DNA of 64,000 nucleotides, taken from NCBI GenBank assembly GCA_026986575.1, contig JALSOH010000004.1, forward strand, positions 1 through 64,000, given 5' to 3'. A program made the translations under genes and the position numbers. Below the pieces are notes generated by a model that did not search any database, was not told the origin of the DNA, and worked only from the letters and a program-made list of their open reading frames with translations. Of this stretch, positions 1 to 9,201 are shown in pieces; within the stretch, counting starts at the first letter, position 1, and the number at the start of each line of letters is the position of its first letter. Source of the DNA: Thermoproteota archaeon (lineage in GTDB: Archaea > Korarchaeota > Korarchaeia > Korarchaeales > Korarchaeaceae).

Positions 1-110
1 CTAGTTATCGCTTCCTGTATGAGCTCTATCTTCTCAGGGTTTATCCTCACCCTGTCTAAGCCGACACCGGCCACCTTGGCAGCCAGTCTCTTCTGGTAAT
101 CCAGTTTCAC
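1..110 (-). CDS. rpl19e: 50S ribosomal protein L19e (5' part, runs off the window)
   Basis: Manual translation from GTG at 110 gives MKLDYQKRLAAKVAGVGLDRVRINPEKIELIQEAITR, the L19e N-terminus. GGTGA SD upstream; follows L32e. Confidence 0.93.
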   Translation of the reverse strand, partial: MKLDYQKRLAAKVAGVGLDRVRINPEKIELIQEAIT

Positions 111-123
111 TCACATCACCTCT

Positions 124-510
124 CTAGTTGGCTAGGGTGAGTCCCAGCCTCTGCGCCTCATCCCTTATGGCGGCCCTCTTCCTCTCCCCCACGGTGCCCG
201 CTATGTAGATTATGGCATCTTTCCCGTACTCCTCAGCCACGCCTCTCAGTTCTTTCACATTATGCACTATCACGGGCTTCCTGCCCGATGGGTGGAGGCC
301 CCTGATCTCATCAGGATTCTTGTATCCGATCACCGGCTGTTTGGGCCTGCTCTTCAGCTTCAGCCTCTGCTTGTTATCTATCCCTCGAGGTTTCCTCCAG
401 CTCTTAACAGCGCCCAACTTCCAGTATCTAGCTAGGTTCAGGAACCTAGGCTTTTTCTTCTTCAACCTCTGTAGGAGCATCCTATTTTCCTCCACTCTAG
501 ACTCGGTCAT
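124..510 (-). CDS. rpl32e: 50S ribosomal protein L32e
   Basis: KKPRF...WRKPRGIDNKQR...GLHPSG motifs; operon position. Confidence 0.96.
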   Translation of the reverse strand: MTESRVEENRMLLQRLKKKKPRFLNLARYWKLGAVKSWRKPRGIDNKQRLKLKSRPKQPVIGYKNPDEIRGLHPSGRKPVIVHNVKELRGVAEEYGKDAIIYIAGTVGERKRAAIRDEAQRLGLTLAN

Positions 511-512
511 TT

Positions 513-1064
513 TCACTTCACCACATAAATACCGTCCATAAACACCCTAGGATCCTTATCCTTTATTCTGGTGGCCTGCCTGATGTTAGCCGCCGTCTGC
601 CCGACATCCTCCTTTGATATGCCCTCGATATATATCCTATCCCCTTCAACCCTCACCTTAGTATCTCCGACGATCTTGGCGTATCTGGGAGCCTTCTCCC
701 CTAGGAAGTTGTTTATCACGACGAGCTTCCTCTTCTCATCTACCTCGACCTTCATCGGGAAGTGGGCGTACACTATTATCATCTCCTTAGAGAAGCCTTC
801 GGTGACCCCCTTCATCATGTTCTTAATGTGGGCCGCCACTGTCCCCAAGTAAGCATAATGGAACTTCCTCTTACCGTAAACCCTCACCTTGACCTTATCT
901 CCCTCTTTAGCTATCTCCACCAGTTCCTCGTGGAATTTCTTCTCAAGCGTACCCTTTGGGCCCTTGGCCACGACCTTGGACCCGTCCACTTCTATGTCAA
1001 CACCCTCCACTATAGGGACCTCAATCTCCTGAGCTTGAGTGACCACCCTTGGGAACCTGCCCAT
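513..1064 (-). CDS. rpl6: 50S ribosomal protein L6
   Basis: KGPKG, YAHFPM, NFLGEK, DPRVFMDGIY motifs. Start set at ATG 1064 after a GAGGTGA SD. Confidence 0.96.
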   Translation of the reverse strand: MGRFPRVVTQAQEIEVPIVEGVDIEVDGSKVVAKGPKGTLEKKFHEELVEIAKEGDKVKVRVYGKRKFHYAYLGTVAAHIKNMMKGVTEGFSKEMIIVYAHFPMKVEVDEKRKLVVINNFLGEKAPRYAKIVGDTKVRVEGDRIYIEGISKEDVGQTAANIRQATRIKDKDPRVFMDGIYVVK

Positions 1065-1080
1065 CTCTATCACCTCAGTA

Positions 1081-1473
1081 TCAGTAGCAGTACGCGAGGA
1101 GGACCCCTCCAATTCCTCTCTTCTTCGCCTCCCTGTGACTCATGATTCCCTGATTGGTGGAGACTATTATGACCCCAACGTTCTCTGCTGGCAGGTACAT
1201 CTTCTCCCAGTATAGGAACTCGTCCTTCTTAACCGAGAACCTCGGCTTAATAACTCCCGCCTTGTTTATCCTTCCCTTCAACCTGACTCTGTACTTTCCG
1301 GCCCTCCCATCGTCTATGTATTCGAATTCCTCTATGTAACCCTCCTCCTGGAGTATCCTGAGCACCTTCCCTATGAGCTTGGAGGCTATGTTTATGACAG
1401 TCTCCCTCTTTCCTACCCTAGAGGCGTTGGTCAGGGTGCTCATAGCGTCAGCCAACGGATCTAGTCTCGTCAT
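1081..1473 (-). CDS. rps8: 30S ribosomal protein S8
   Basis: DPLADA...IDDGRAG...[12 protein letters not shown]...GGVLLAY. Confidence 0.97.
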   Translation of the reverse strand: MTRLDPLADAMSTLTNASRVGKRETVINIASKLIGKVLRILQEEGYIEEFEYIDDGRAGKYRVRLKGRINKAGVIKPRFSVKKDEFLYWEKMYLPAENVGVIIVSTNQGIMSHREAKKRGIGGVLLAYCY

Positions 1474-1484
1474 TAGCGATCACC

Positions 1485-1649
1485 TCACTCGTACTTCTTC
1501 CACCCCATGAGAGGAGCCACTTCCAAGAAGCACTGCCTGCAGAGGTAGAGACCGTACTTCCGGATTATGCCTCTCCCCACTCTCCCGCATCTCCTGCACA
1601 CGTAAGCGCCCTTGCCCTTGGTCCTCACCTTTCTCCTCGGCTTCGCCAT
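1485..1649 (-). CDS. rps14: 30S ribosomal protein S14 (Zn-binding, 54 aa; missing from the ORF track)
   Basis: Manual translation [54 protein letters not shown]; lies between L5 and S8; GGAGG SD. Confidence 0.95.
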   Translation of the reverse strand: MAKPRRKVRTKGKGAYVCRRCGRVGRGIIRKYGLYLCRQCFLEVAPLMGWKKYE

Positions 1650-1663
1650 TTTACCTCCTCACC

Positions 1664-2224
1664 TCACTCGCTATCGGACACCACCTTCAGCCTTAAGTAC
1701 TTTTCCGCGAAGACCATGGACTCCTCTTTGGTCAGCCTGTGCCTCCTAGGTATCCTCGCGCGCTTTATCCTCCTCTTAGCCACTCTGTAGCCAGCCCTCC
1801 CCATGGTCACGATGACATCCATGCCGAAGATCCCTATATCGGCCTTGTACCTGACCCCGGGGATCTCTATGTGCTCTTTTATGCCGAAGGCGAAGTTACC
1901 GAACTCATCAAAGGCGCTGGCTTTGATCCTCCTGTCCACAGCATCGGCCACCCTGTCCAGCAATTCCAAAGCCTTCCTACCCCTGACAGTGACTGTGACA
2001 GCTATGGGCTCCCTTTTCCTTATTCCGAACTCTCTAATAGTTCTTTTAGCTCTTCTCTGGACGGGTTTCTGTCCAGTGAGTTCCTCGAGCACCTTACCGG
2101 CTCTCAGGAGTACCTCCCCGCTCCTGCCGACAGCTATGTTCAGAGTCACCGCCATGACCTTTGGCATTAGCATGGGGTTGCTCTTCCACCTCTCCTCTAT
2201 GGCGTCGGCCAGTTCAACGGTCAT
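1664..2224 (-). CDS. rpl5: 50S ribosomal protein L5
   Basis: NPM...LTGQKP...FGIRK...GNFAFGIKEHI...GIFGMDV. Confidence 0.97.
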   Translation of the reverse strand: MTVELADAIEERWKSNPMLMPKVMAVTLNIAVGRSGEVLLRAGKVLEELTGQKPVQRRAKRTIREFGIRKREPIAVTVTVRGRKALELLDRVADAVDRRIKASAFDEFGNFAFGIKEHIEIPGVRYKADIGIFGMDVIVTMGRAGYRVAKRRIKRARIPRRHRLTKEESMVFAEKYLRLKVVSDSE

Positions 2225-2228
2225 GAGA

Positions 2229-2951
2229 TCACCTCACCCTTATAGCGGGCTTCTCGCTCCCGACGACCAGCACGTTCTCCGCGGTTCCCCTGTATACCAA
2301 GTTGGGGTCCTCCAAGTCCTGCAGCTCTATGAACTCCGCCAGCTCCTTTATGGTGCCTATGTGACCCGCCATCCTTCCCCTGATCATGGCGGCAACGACT
2401 CCCACCTCAAGCGGGAAGATCTGCCTTATCTCCTGGGATGGTACCTCTATCAGCAGGGAGTAGCCGACCTTGATAGACTTGGCCATGTCAGAATCAGGCT
2501 CCAGCAGGAAGTTCCTCCCGTCATGGGTGGTCAGCTGTATCTTTCCTCCCCTCACGGTCCTCTTACCAAGCACCTTGACGATCTTGAGGCTGGATTCTGC
2601 CTCAGGTATCTCTACAAGCTTCAGGAACTTGAAGGGATCAGGAACTATTCTGTAGTGCTTACCCAAGTCTGGTATTGAGATCACATCCATTAGGCCCACT
2701 TGGTACTTGTAGTCGTACCTAGGCTTGCCGCCCACCCAGATCTTCTTCATATAGATGATCCTCTTGGCCTCTCTAGCCGTGGTAGCCAGTTCCAAGATGT
2801 CCCTGACCACTACGAGCAGAGGGAACCCCTGATCCATGGGGTGGGAGCCTGGTCTCGGCTTCACCACCCATAACTTCTCTCTCTTGGCTATAGGCCAATA
2901 ACCGGGAGCTGCGAGTCTCTTTAAATGTCTACTTCCTCCCATCTTCCCCAT
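2229..2951 (-). CDS. rps4e: 30S ribosomal protein S4e
   Basis: HLKRLAAP...PRPGSH...GLMDVISI...HDGRN. Confidence 0.96.
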   Translation of the reverse strand: MGKMGGSRHLKRLAAPGYWPIAKREKLWVVKPRPGSHPMDQGFPLLVVVRDILELATTAREAKRIIYMKKIWVGGKPRYDYKYQVGLMDVISIPDLGKHYRIVPDPFKFLKLVEIPEAESSLKIVKVLGKRTVRGGKIQLTTHDGRNFLLEPDSDMAKSIKVGYSLLIEVPSQEIRQIFPLEVGVVAAMIRGRMAGHIGTIKELAEFIELQDLEDPNLVYRGTAENVLVVGSEKPAIRVR

Positions 2952-2953
2952 AA

Positions 2954-3553
2954 TCACTCATCTCCCTTTCTTTCAGATTCCACATCGGGTACGCCCTGAG
3001 TCTCTTGGGTCTCTACCTCCTCGATCTCAGCTCCCGCTTTCGTTTCCATCTCTGCTCCCTCCTCTTCCCCCACTTCCTCGACCTCCTCTCCTTCCTTCGG
3101 GGTTTCCTCCTCTGCCTGTCCTTCTCTCTTTTCAGTCCTCTCCTCCTCCACTATAGTCTCCTCTATCTCCTCCTCGGTTACTCCCTTCCTCTCAAGTATC
3201 TTTTTCCTAGCATCGTCCTTGAGGTCGAGCTTCGTGATTATGACCTTGGAGGGGTGGATGGGGACTGGTATCTCGGTCCCATCGGTCTTCTTCCTTATTA
3301 GCCCCTTGATCGCTATCCTGTACTTGTCCCTGTCTACGGAAATGACCTCGCCCTCAGTCCCCCTGTAATCGCCCCGGACTACCTTGACCCTATCGCCCTT
3401 CCTTATAGGCATTGACCTGATCCCATACTTCTCCCGCAGTTCTGGGGAGAGGTGAGCTGACATTATCTTGCCCCTGTGGTGAAGGGGCGCGTTGTACAGA
3501 TACTTCCTCTGCTTACTCGGTTTATGTGATATGGTCCTCTGCAATTCGATCAC
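2954..3553 (-). CDS. rpl24: 50S ribosomal protein L24 with a long acidic C-terminal tail
   Basis: [12 protein letters not shown]...[11 protein letters not shown] (KOW)...PIHPSKV. Confidence 0.95.
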   Translation of the reverse strand: MIELQRTISHKPSKQRKYLYNAPLHHRGKIMSAHLSPELREKYGIRSMPIRKGDRVKVVRGDYRGTEGEVISVDRDKYRIAIKGLIRKKTDGTEIPVPIHPSKVIITKLDLKDDARKKILERKGVTEEEIEETIVEEERTEKREGQAEEETPKEGEEVEEVGEEEGAEMETKAGAEIEEVETQETQGVPDVESERKGDE

Positions 3554-3554
3554 C

Positions 3555-3980
3555 TCACACTACCTGAGCAGAGACTGCTCCTAGAGCGGGCCACCTCTCG
3601 ATGGCCTCCTTGGCTATGGGTCCCCTGAACTCCGAACCCTTGGGTGTGCCATCATCGTTGACTAGTACGGCTGCATTGTCCTCGAAGACGACCCACTGAC
3701 CGTTCTTCCTCCTGTAGGGTTTCCTCTGCCTTACTATTATCGCTTTCATCGGCTTGTGCATCAAGTCGTACTTGCCCCTTTTGACGACCACCGTCACCAT
3801 ATCACCGACGCTGGCTGAGGGTATCCTTCCCTTCCGTCCCTTGTAGCCGTGGACACCGATAATCATGAGTACCTTCGCCCCGGTATTGTCTGCGCACTTC
3901 AGCTTAGCCATCACAGGGAGTCCTCGCGAGATCTTCGGTTTTACTCCCTCTACCTTCTTCCTCCTCGCTACCCTCGACAT
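3555..3980 (-). CDS. rpl14: 50S ribosomal protein L14
   Basis: CADNTGAK...VRQRKPYRR...FEDNAAV...GPIAKEA. Confidence 0.97.
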   Translation of the reverse strand: MSRVARRKKVEGVKPKISRGLPVMAKLKCADNTGAKVLMIIGVHGYKGRKGRIPSASVGDMVTVVVKRGKYDLMHKPMKAIIVRQRKPYRRKNGQWVVFEDNAAVLVNDDGTPKGSEFRGPIAKEAIERWPALGAVSAQVV

Positions 3981-4010
3981 AGATCATCCTCAACACCAAC
4001 GGTAGCCACC

Positions 4011-4021
4011 GATATAAAAAA
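4011..4021. promoter_or_regulatory. TATA box for the rpl14 operon (TTTTTATA on the minus strand); reads TATAAAAA on the plus strand
   Basis: Lies about 32 nt upstream of the rpl14 ATG. Confidence 0.6.
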
Positions 4022-4044
4022 GGTGATGGGAATCTCCGTGAGAT

Positions 4045-4143
4045 GGGGGAGGACTGGGGTGCCTCAAGGCCCTACCTCGCGCAGTTGGGGCCTCAGTTTC
4101 CAATTATTGAGGTGAATACGGGGCTCACTTTGGAAAATTTTTG
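4045..4143 (+). ncRNA. Candidate structured small RNA
   Basis: GC-rich intergenic hairpins AGGCCCTA/TGGGGCCT, CTGGGG/CCTCAG and GAGGTGA/TCACTTT, whose G-U pairs favour the plus strand. TATA about 25 nt upstream; T-run at the end. Confidence 0.3.
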
Positions 4144-4144
4144 T

Positions 4145-4582
4145 TCACTGGTCACGATCAGCTCGTCCGCACCTCTTGAGTAGATCCTCCACCCTGCTCA
4201 GGTATCTAGCGAGCTTAACGGCCTTTGCTGATATCGGAATTATCTTGCCCCTCTGAAGTACTGCGTGCTCAACTGCTAACTCCTTTCCGGATATCCTGAC
4301 GGCCTCCTCCACCGAGTGATGTAGATGGAGGCAGTGGGGACTGCCGTCAACGGTCAGGACACTTACCTTGCTAACATCCACCCTAGCAAGTATGGAGGCC
4401 ACCTTCAAGGCTATCACATTTATGTGATCCCTCTCCGGACAGGCGGAGAGGCACAATCCTCCGCAGAATTCCCTGACGATCTCGGGCCATTCAATAGTCA
4501 GGCAGGAGCCTATTATCCTGAGCTCTCCCTCCCTCTTGAGGAGATGGGACCCGGAATTAGTGGACAGTAGGTCCAAGATCAA
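4145..4582 (-). CDS. Fe-S cluster-binding protein (ACP...TVDGSPHC family)
   Basis: GSC, SACPE and LTVDGSPHCLHL Cys motifs, typical of this archaeal Fe-S family. Confidence 0.65.
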   Translation of the reverse strand: MILDLLSTNSGSHLLKREGELRIIGSCLTIEWPEIVREFCGGLCLSACPERDHINVIALKVASILARVDVSKVSVLTVDGSPHCLHLHHSVEEAVRISGKELAVEHAVLQRGKIIPISAKAVKLARYLSRVEDLLKRCGRADRDQ

Positions 4583-4659
4583 GACTTACCCCGATCTGTG
4601 TGAAATATCTAAAGTTATTAAGAATCAGTTGGCGGGCCACAGTGTAAAGGTGGTCTCAA

Positions 4660-5409
4660 TTGGAACCCCTCGTCAGGTTCTTAGAGGTGATACTCAGCGG
4701 AATCGGCGTCGGGATCATCTCATCAATGGCTGGTATAGGAGGGGGGACCCTCATGGTCCCCTTGATGGTTCTAGTCTTGGGGGTGGATGTGAAAGTAGCG
4801 ATCGCCTCCAGTCTGCTCACAATAATCGTTACCTCCGCCTCCAGCTCAACAGTCTATCTCAAGGAGGGACTGGTTAATCTCAAGGCTGCTCTGACGTTAG
4901 AACCGTCAACCGCCTTGGGGGCTATTGTGGGGGCTTCTATCACCATAGGCCTGCCTTCGAACCTAGTTGAGAGGATCTTCGGCTTCGGACTTATCGCTAT
5001 TTCCCTGATCATGCTCGCTAGGACATTCACCAGACCCAGAGAGGAGGGCGAGGTGAAACACTGGACCCTCGGCGTTCTCTCGTCGTTCTTCGCCGGCATG
5101 GCCTCGGGGATGTTCGGCATAGGAGGGGGTGTCCTCAAGGTGCCTATAATGAACCTAGTAATGGGAATGCCGATAAAGGAGGCTGTGGCGACCAGCTCCT
5201 TCATGGTGGGTCTCACCGCCTCCTCTGGGAGTATGGTCTATGCCATCAAGGGGTTCGTCGATCCCGTCTTGGTACTTGGATTCGCGTTGGGAATAATACC
5301 GGGGGCCACTCTGGGTGCAAAATCGCTCAAGGGCATGAAATCCAGGTATATAAAGCTCATCTTCGCATTGGTGCTTCTCTACGCGGGGATCAAGCTCGTG
5401 GGATGGTGA
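4660..5409 (+). CDS. TauE/SafE (TSUP) family sulfite exporter
   Basis: Duplicated GIGGG-x-x-x-VP motifs; about 8 TM helices. Confidence 0.9.
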   Translation: MEPLVRFLEVILSGIGVGIISSMAGIGGGTLMVPLMVLVLGVDVKVAIASSLLTIIVTSASSSTVYLKEGLVNLKAALTLEPSTALGAIVGASITIGLPSNLVERIFGFGLIAISLIMLARTFTRPREEGEVKHWTLGVLSSFFAGMASGMFGIGGGVLKVPIMNLVMGMPIKEAVATSSFMVGLTASSGSMVYAIKGFVDPVLVLGFALGIIPGATLGAKSLKGMKSRYIKLIFALVLLYAGIKLVGW

Positions 5410-5418
5410 GGTGATTAT

Positions 5419-5688
5419 TTGGACGTTGATCTTGGGAATCTGCCCTCCTTCCTCAGGTGGGGCGTCATTCTGGGGCTTTCCGTGCTGGCAGCGGGTATCG
5501 CGATCGAGCACCTTTCAGGCAATCACCTGATCAGACAGGCGGGCCTCTTCATCATAGTGGTGACGCCTGTGAGCTTCCTAGTAGCGCTCTCCTATAGAAT
5601 GCTAGCAGATGGAGAGTACAAGATAGCGGTTCTTTCTCTGCTGACCTTATCCGTAGTGATCATCTCTGCTCTCTTATCCTTGAGATAA
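5419..5688 (+). CDS. Small 3-TM membrane protein (DUF1634-like TauE partner)
   Basis: LRWGV...GLFIIVVTP pattern, directly after tauE. Confidence 0.65.
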   Translation: MDVDLGNLPSFLRWGVILGLSVLAAGIAIEHLSGNHLIRQAGLFIIVVTPVSFLVALSYRMLADGEYKIAVLSLLTLSVVIISALLSLR

Positions 5689-5707
5689 GTGAGAGTGAGG
5701 TGGTGAA

Positions 5708-6937
5708 TTGCCCGTATCTCTGCTTAAATCAGAGACCAGTAAGAAGGCCCTGAGGCTATCTATCAACTCATTCTTTCAAGGCACATCAATGAGTTTCACT
5801 TTCTTCCTGCTCTATGCTTACGGTGTGGACAAGTTCGGCCTCTCCCCAACTGAGGTGGCTATAGCCATCTCGCTTGGAGGGATATCCAGTGCTATAACAC
5901 AACCTCTCTGGGGCTGGTTGGTGGACAGAGCTGCTAAGAGAAGGAGGTCTCTCATGCTAGCTGGCTACCTCCTCTCCTCAGTGTTTATATACTGGGTATA
6001 TAACTCCCAAGCGAACTGGGAGTTCTACGCGGCAGGAGCTGTGCTTAACTCATTTATGGGACTGTCAAACTCCGCGTGGCTGGCTATTTTAGGAGATCTG
6101 ACTGTATTAGAGGAGAGAGGAAGAATCTCGGGGGTGACCAGCACATTCTCCACAATGGGAACAGCAGTATTTTCACCAATAGCTGGAATGACCATGGACT
6201 CCTTCGGCTACCGGTTCGCCAGTCTAGTAGGCGTCAGCCAGTTTCTTCTAGCAGCCGTAACAGTGTGTCTGATTCCCCACAGCTTGCCAACATCTCCAGA
6301 ATTGGTAAAGGGCGGAAAAAGCGAGGAAGAAGCGATTTCAGATCATGCGAAGGGGAGCTACAGACCATTCCTTATAGCTAGCATACTGTGGTCCTTAATA
6401 TGGTCTCTAGCATGGCCACTCTTCTCCGTAGCCCAAATAAAGGTGTATGAGCTGAGTAAGGCGGAGATAGGTCTCATAAGCACCGTTGCTAATGTTACAA
6501 GGTTAATCCTGCAGCCCGTATGGGGATTCGTGGCGGACAGGGTGGGCAGGAAGGTCCTCCTGGTGATGTCCCCCGCCTTCGCTGCGGCAATTCCGTTCTC
6601 CTATTCGTTAGGAAGTAACCTCCTTCACATCCTCATAGGAACAGCTGTGGGAATGGTGGGGTTCTCCATGTACTTCGTGGCCTCGCCAACCTACCTTCTA
6701 GATGCCTCCTCACCGGAGAGGCGTGGCTCAGCTGTCTCCACGTTTAACGCCCTCACATCGCTCACCAACTCAGTGGCACCGCTAATAGGTGGGGCGCTAG
6801 GTGACTTGCTAGGGGTGAGGGAGACCATGCTCCTACTGGGATTCACTAGGCTATTCTCCAGCCTGTTCTTCGTCAGAATACCTGAAACACTCAGGAGGAG
6901 AGAAGGGAGGAGATTGTGGAGAAGACTTCCTTTCTGA
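5708..6937 (+). CDS. MFS transporter
   Basis: WGWLVDR and WGFVADRVGRK motif A copies; 12 TM helices. Confidence 0.92.
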   Translation: MPVSLLKSETSKKALRLSINSFFQGTSMSFTFFLLYAYGVDKFGLSPTEVAIAISLGGISSAITQPLWGWLVDRAAKRRRSLMLAGYLLSSVFIYWVYNSQANWEFYAAGAVLNSFMGLSNSAWLAILGDLTVLEERGRISGVTSTFSTMGTAVFSPIAGMTMDSFGYRFASLVGVSQFLLAAVTVCLIPHSLPTSPELVKGGKSEEEAISDHAKGSYRPFLIASILWSLIWSLAWPLFSVAQIKVYELSKAEIGLISTVANVTRLILQPVWGFVADRVGRKVLLVMSPAFAAAIPFSYSLGSNLLHILIGTAVGMVGFSMYFVASPTYLLDASSPERRGSAVSTFNALTSLTNSVAPLIGGALGDLLGVRETMLLLGFTRLFSSLFFVRIPETLRRREGRRLWRRLPF

Positions 6938-7544
6938 CCCCCTCCACATCTTTAGACGCGTCTATTCTCACGAGGAGTCCCTTATCCTCGTAGTACTTTA
7001 TTAGAGGGCTGGTTTCCTCGTTAAACACGTCCAGCCTCCTAAGTATCTTCTCGTAGCAATCATCTCTCCTTTGATAGAGCCTGCCGCCGCACTCGCATCT
7101 CCTCGCATCTGGTGGAGGATCATAGAAAACGTTGTATGATCTACCACAGCTCTCGCAGACCAAGCGGCCCATCATCCGTCGAAGGACGGTCAGCTCGTCG
7201 ACATCGAAGAAGAGCACCGCTGTCAGGGACCTTCCCCTCTCGTTAAGGAACTTCTCGAGCCATTCGGCCTGTTCCAGATTCCTAGGAAATCCATCCAGCA
7301 CGAACCCTTTCTCCATAGCCTCCGACAGCTTCTTCTCCAAGACCTGATACACTATATCGTCGGGTACCAAGAGGCCCCTCTCCATGTACCCTCTTATGGT
7401 CTCGCCTAGTTCCGAACCGCTCCTTACCTCCTCCTTCAGGAGTTCGCTCATGATCAGCCTAGGAACTTTGAATTTTTCGGAGATGAAGGCGCCTTGAGTT
7501 CCCTTTCCGGCTCCAGGCCTGCCTAGAAGCACGAGACGGAGCAT
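6891..7544 (-). CDS. adk: Adenylate kinase (monomeric type with Zn-LID)
   Basis: GRPGAGKGTQ P-loop, GLLVPD, LDGFPR, LID CESC...CECG, QRRDD. Start ATG 7544 after GGTGA. Confidence 0.92.
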   Translation of the reverse strand: MLRLVLLGRPGAGKGTQGAFISEKFKVPRLIMSELLKEEVRSGSELGETIRGYMERGLLVPDDIVYQVLEKKLSEAMEKGFVLDGFPRNLEQAEWLEKFLNERGRSLTAVLFFDVDELTVLRRMMGRLVCESCGRSYNVFYDPPPDARRCECGGRLYQRRDDCYEKILRRLDVFNEETSPLIKYYEDKGLLVRIDASKDVEGVRKEVFSTISSLLSS

Positions 7545-7634
7545 CTCACCGCACACCTCTTCAGGTCGGGGTTGGACCCTGATAGGCTGAGTGGCGCGGG
7601 AAAGCGTATAAGTTCTTACCCTCTCATCAAACAT

Positions 7635-8828
7635 ATGAACGATGAGGAGATGTTCCGATTTCTCATGGATCTCGTTCGCCTTGATACTAACGCAACAGAG
7701 AGGAAGAACTACTGGGAAGCAGCCCGGATGATAGAGGAGAAGGCAAAAAAGCTAGGATTGAACACCCACATACATGTACACAGGGATGATAGAGGGGAGG
7801 TCCCCAACGTCATAGCGTGGGCCGACGTGGGGGCTGATAAGAACCTCATCCTCCTGTCCCACTATGATGTAGTGCCCGCTAGGGGTCCCTGGAAGCTCGA
7901 CGGCAGGGAGTTCGATCCCTTCGAACCCCAGAGGGTGGGAGGGAGGATATACGGGAGGGGGGCTGCAGATGACAAGTCAGCCATAGTCCTGAGTCTTTCG
8001 GCGGCTAAGAGGATTCTGGATAAGGGATCAGGTAAGTACAACCCTGTAGTAGTTGTGGTAGGAGATGAGGAAGTTGGAGGGACTGGTGTATTCGCTGTGG
8101 CTGAGAAGGGTTTCGAAGAGGTCGGAATAAGGCCCGACAGGGTCGTGGTGATAGATGCAGCTCCCGATTTCGTGGGCATAGGTGCGAGCGGTGTGATCCA
8201 CGGTGAAATAGTCGTGAAGGGAAGGGGAGGCCATGCTGGTAGGCCCTTCGCGGCGATCAACCCAGTTCACCAAGCCATAGCCATAGCCAACGATCTGCTC
8301 ACTGGTTTCTCACAGGAACACGCCTCCAGACTGTCGGTAGTCCCAGCACCCCCAAGATCTCCTGTCCCCAAGCTTTGGGGGAGGTTCAGCCTGACCATAG
8401 TGAGGGCTGGTGACAAGCACAACGTCATACCTCCGGAAGCGATTCTAGGGTTCGATATAAGGTTCATACCGGACGAGAAGAAGGACGACGTGATTGGGAG
8501 GTTCTTGGCTGCCGTCTCCACTGCCGCAATCAAGTTCGGTGCCCAGGTCGAGGTCAGATTCGAGGAGACTCTGAACCCCGGTTGGATGACTCACCCTGAT
8601 CACGAGTTTGTGAAGGAGGTGCTGGACAGCTACGAGAAGTTCTTCGGCAGAAGGGATATAGCCGGATCCCTCGGAGGAAATGATGGGTTCGTGTTCGCAG
8701 GCAAGGGCATACCAACGGTCTCCGTTGGAACAATAGAGGTAGAAAGCAGGGCTCATGGCGACTTGGAGAACGTCAAGGAGGACATAGTGATCAGGGTCAG
8801 GGACCTGCTGGTGGACCTGATGTCCTGA
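7635..8828 (+). CDS. M20 metallopeptidase/deacylase (ArgE/DapE family)
   Basis: SHYDVVP, YGRGAADDK, GDEEVG, GGHAG and C-terminal AH metal ligands. Confidence 0.9.
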   Translation: MNDEEMFRFLMDLVRLDTNATERKNYWEAARMIEEKAKKLGLNTHIHVHRDDRGEVPNVIAWADVGADKNLILLSHYDVVPARGPWKLDGREFDPFEPQRVGGRIYGRGAADDKSAIVLSLSAAKRILDKGSGKYNPVVVVVGDEEVGGTGVFAVAEKGFEEVGIRPDRVVVIDAAPDFVGIGASGVIHGEIVVKGRGGHAGRPFAAINPVHQAIAIANDLLTGFSQEHASRLSVVPAPPRSPVPKLWGRFSLTIVRAGDKHNVIPPEAILGFDIRFIPDEKKDDVIGRFLAAVSTAAIKFGAQVEVRFEETLNPGWMTHPDHEFVKEVLDSYEKFFGRRDIAGSLGGNDGFVFAGKGIPTVSVGTIEVESRAHGDLENVKEDIVIRVRDLLVDLMS

Positions 8829-8853
8829 TCTATCCTCCCTCATTGCTCAGTAG

Positions 8854-9150
8854 TCATTTTATTATGAATCTAGGTGGCTCTATCCACTCGCTTCCACACT
8901 TGGGACATTTACTTGGCTTTCGTGGCTTCTTCAGGTTCCTGAACACGTATCCGCACTTCCTGCATATAGGGGGCTCCATCAGGAGCGTCTTCCCGTACTT
9001 GGCCCTAGCCGTCTTCGCAATGTGTTCCAAGTGCCTGTAGATCTCTCTAGTCTCTCTCGGATTCATGCCTAGCTCTCTAGCTATGTCGTCAACAGATAGC
9101 GGTTCCTCCGAGTTCATTAGGAGATCCAGTATCTTCTCCCTGAAACTCAT
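8854..9150 (-). CDS. HTH plus Zn-ribbon transcriptional regulator (COG3357-like)
   Basis: N-terminal wHTH; CRKCGY...KPSKCPKCGSEWIEPPRF. Confidence 0.85.
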   Translation of the reverse strand: MSFREKILDLLMNSEEPLSVDDIARELGMNPRETREIYRHLEHIAKTARAKYGKTLLMEPPICRKCGYVFRNLKKPRKPSKCPKCGSEWIEPPRFIIK

Positions 9151-9201
9151 CCAGCCTTAGGCTGGGATCATTATTTAAGCTAGTTAGGGGGGCTCCGATC
9201 G

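Noticed and set aside
1739-2678. Plus-strand ORFs of 143 and 291 aa over rpl5/rps4e, and similar shadow ORFs throughout the window
   Set aside because: They fully overlap well-conserved genes on the opposite strand.
4021-4115. Fluoride or TPP riboswitch, or a 29-aa ORF, in the rpl14 upstream gap
   Set aside because: The GGTGATGG and GGGGTGC starts lack their required partner motifs, and the ORF has no properly spaced SD.
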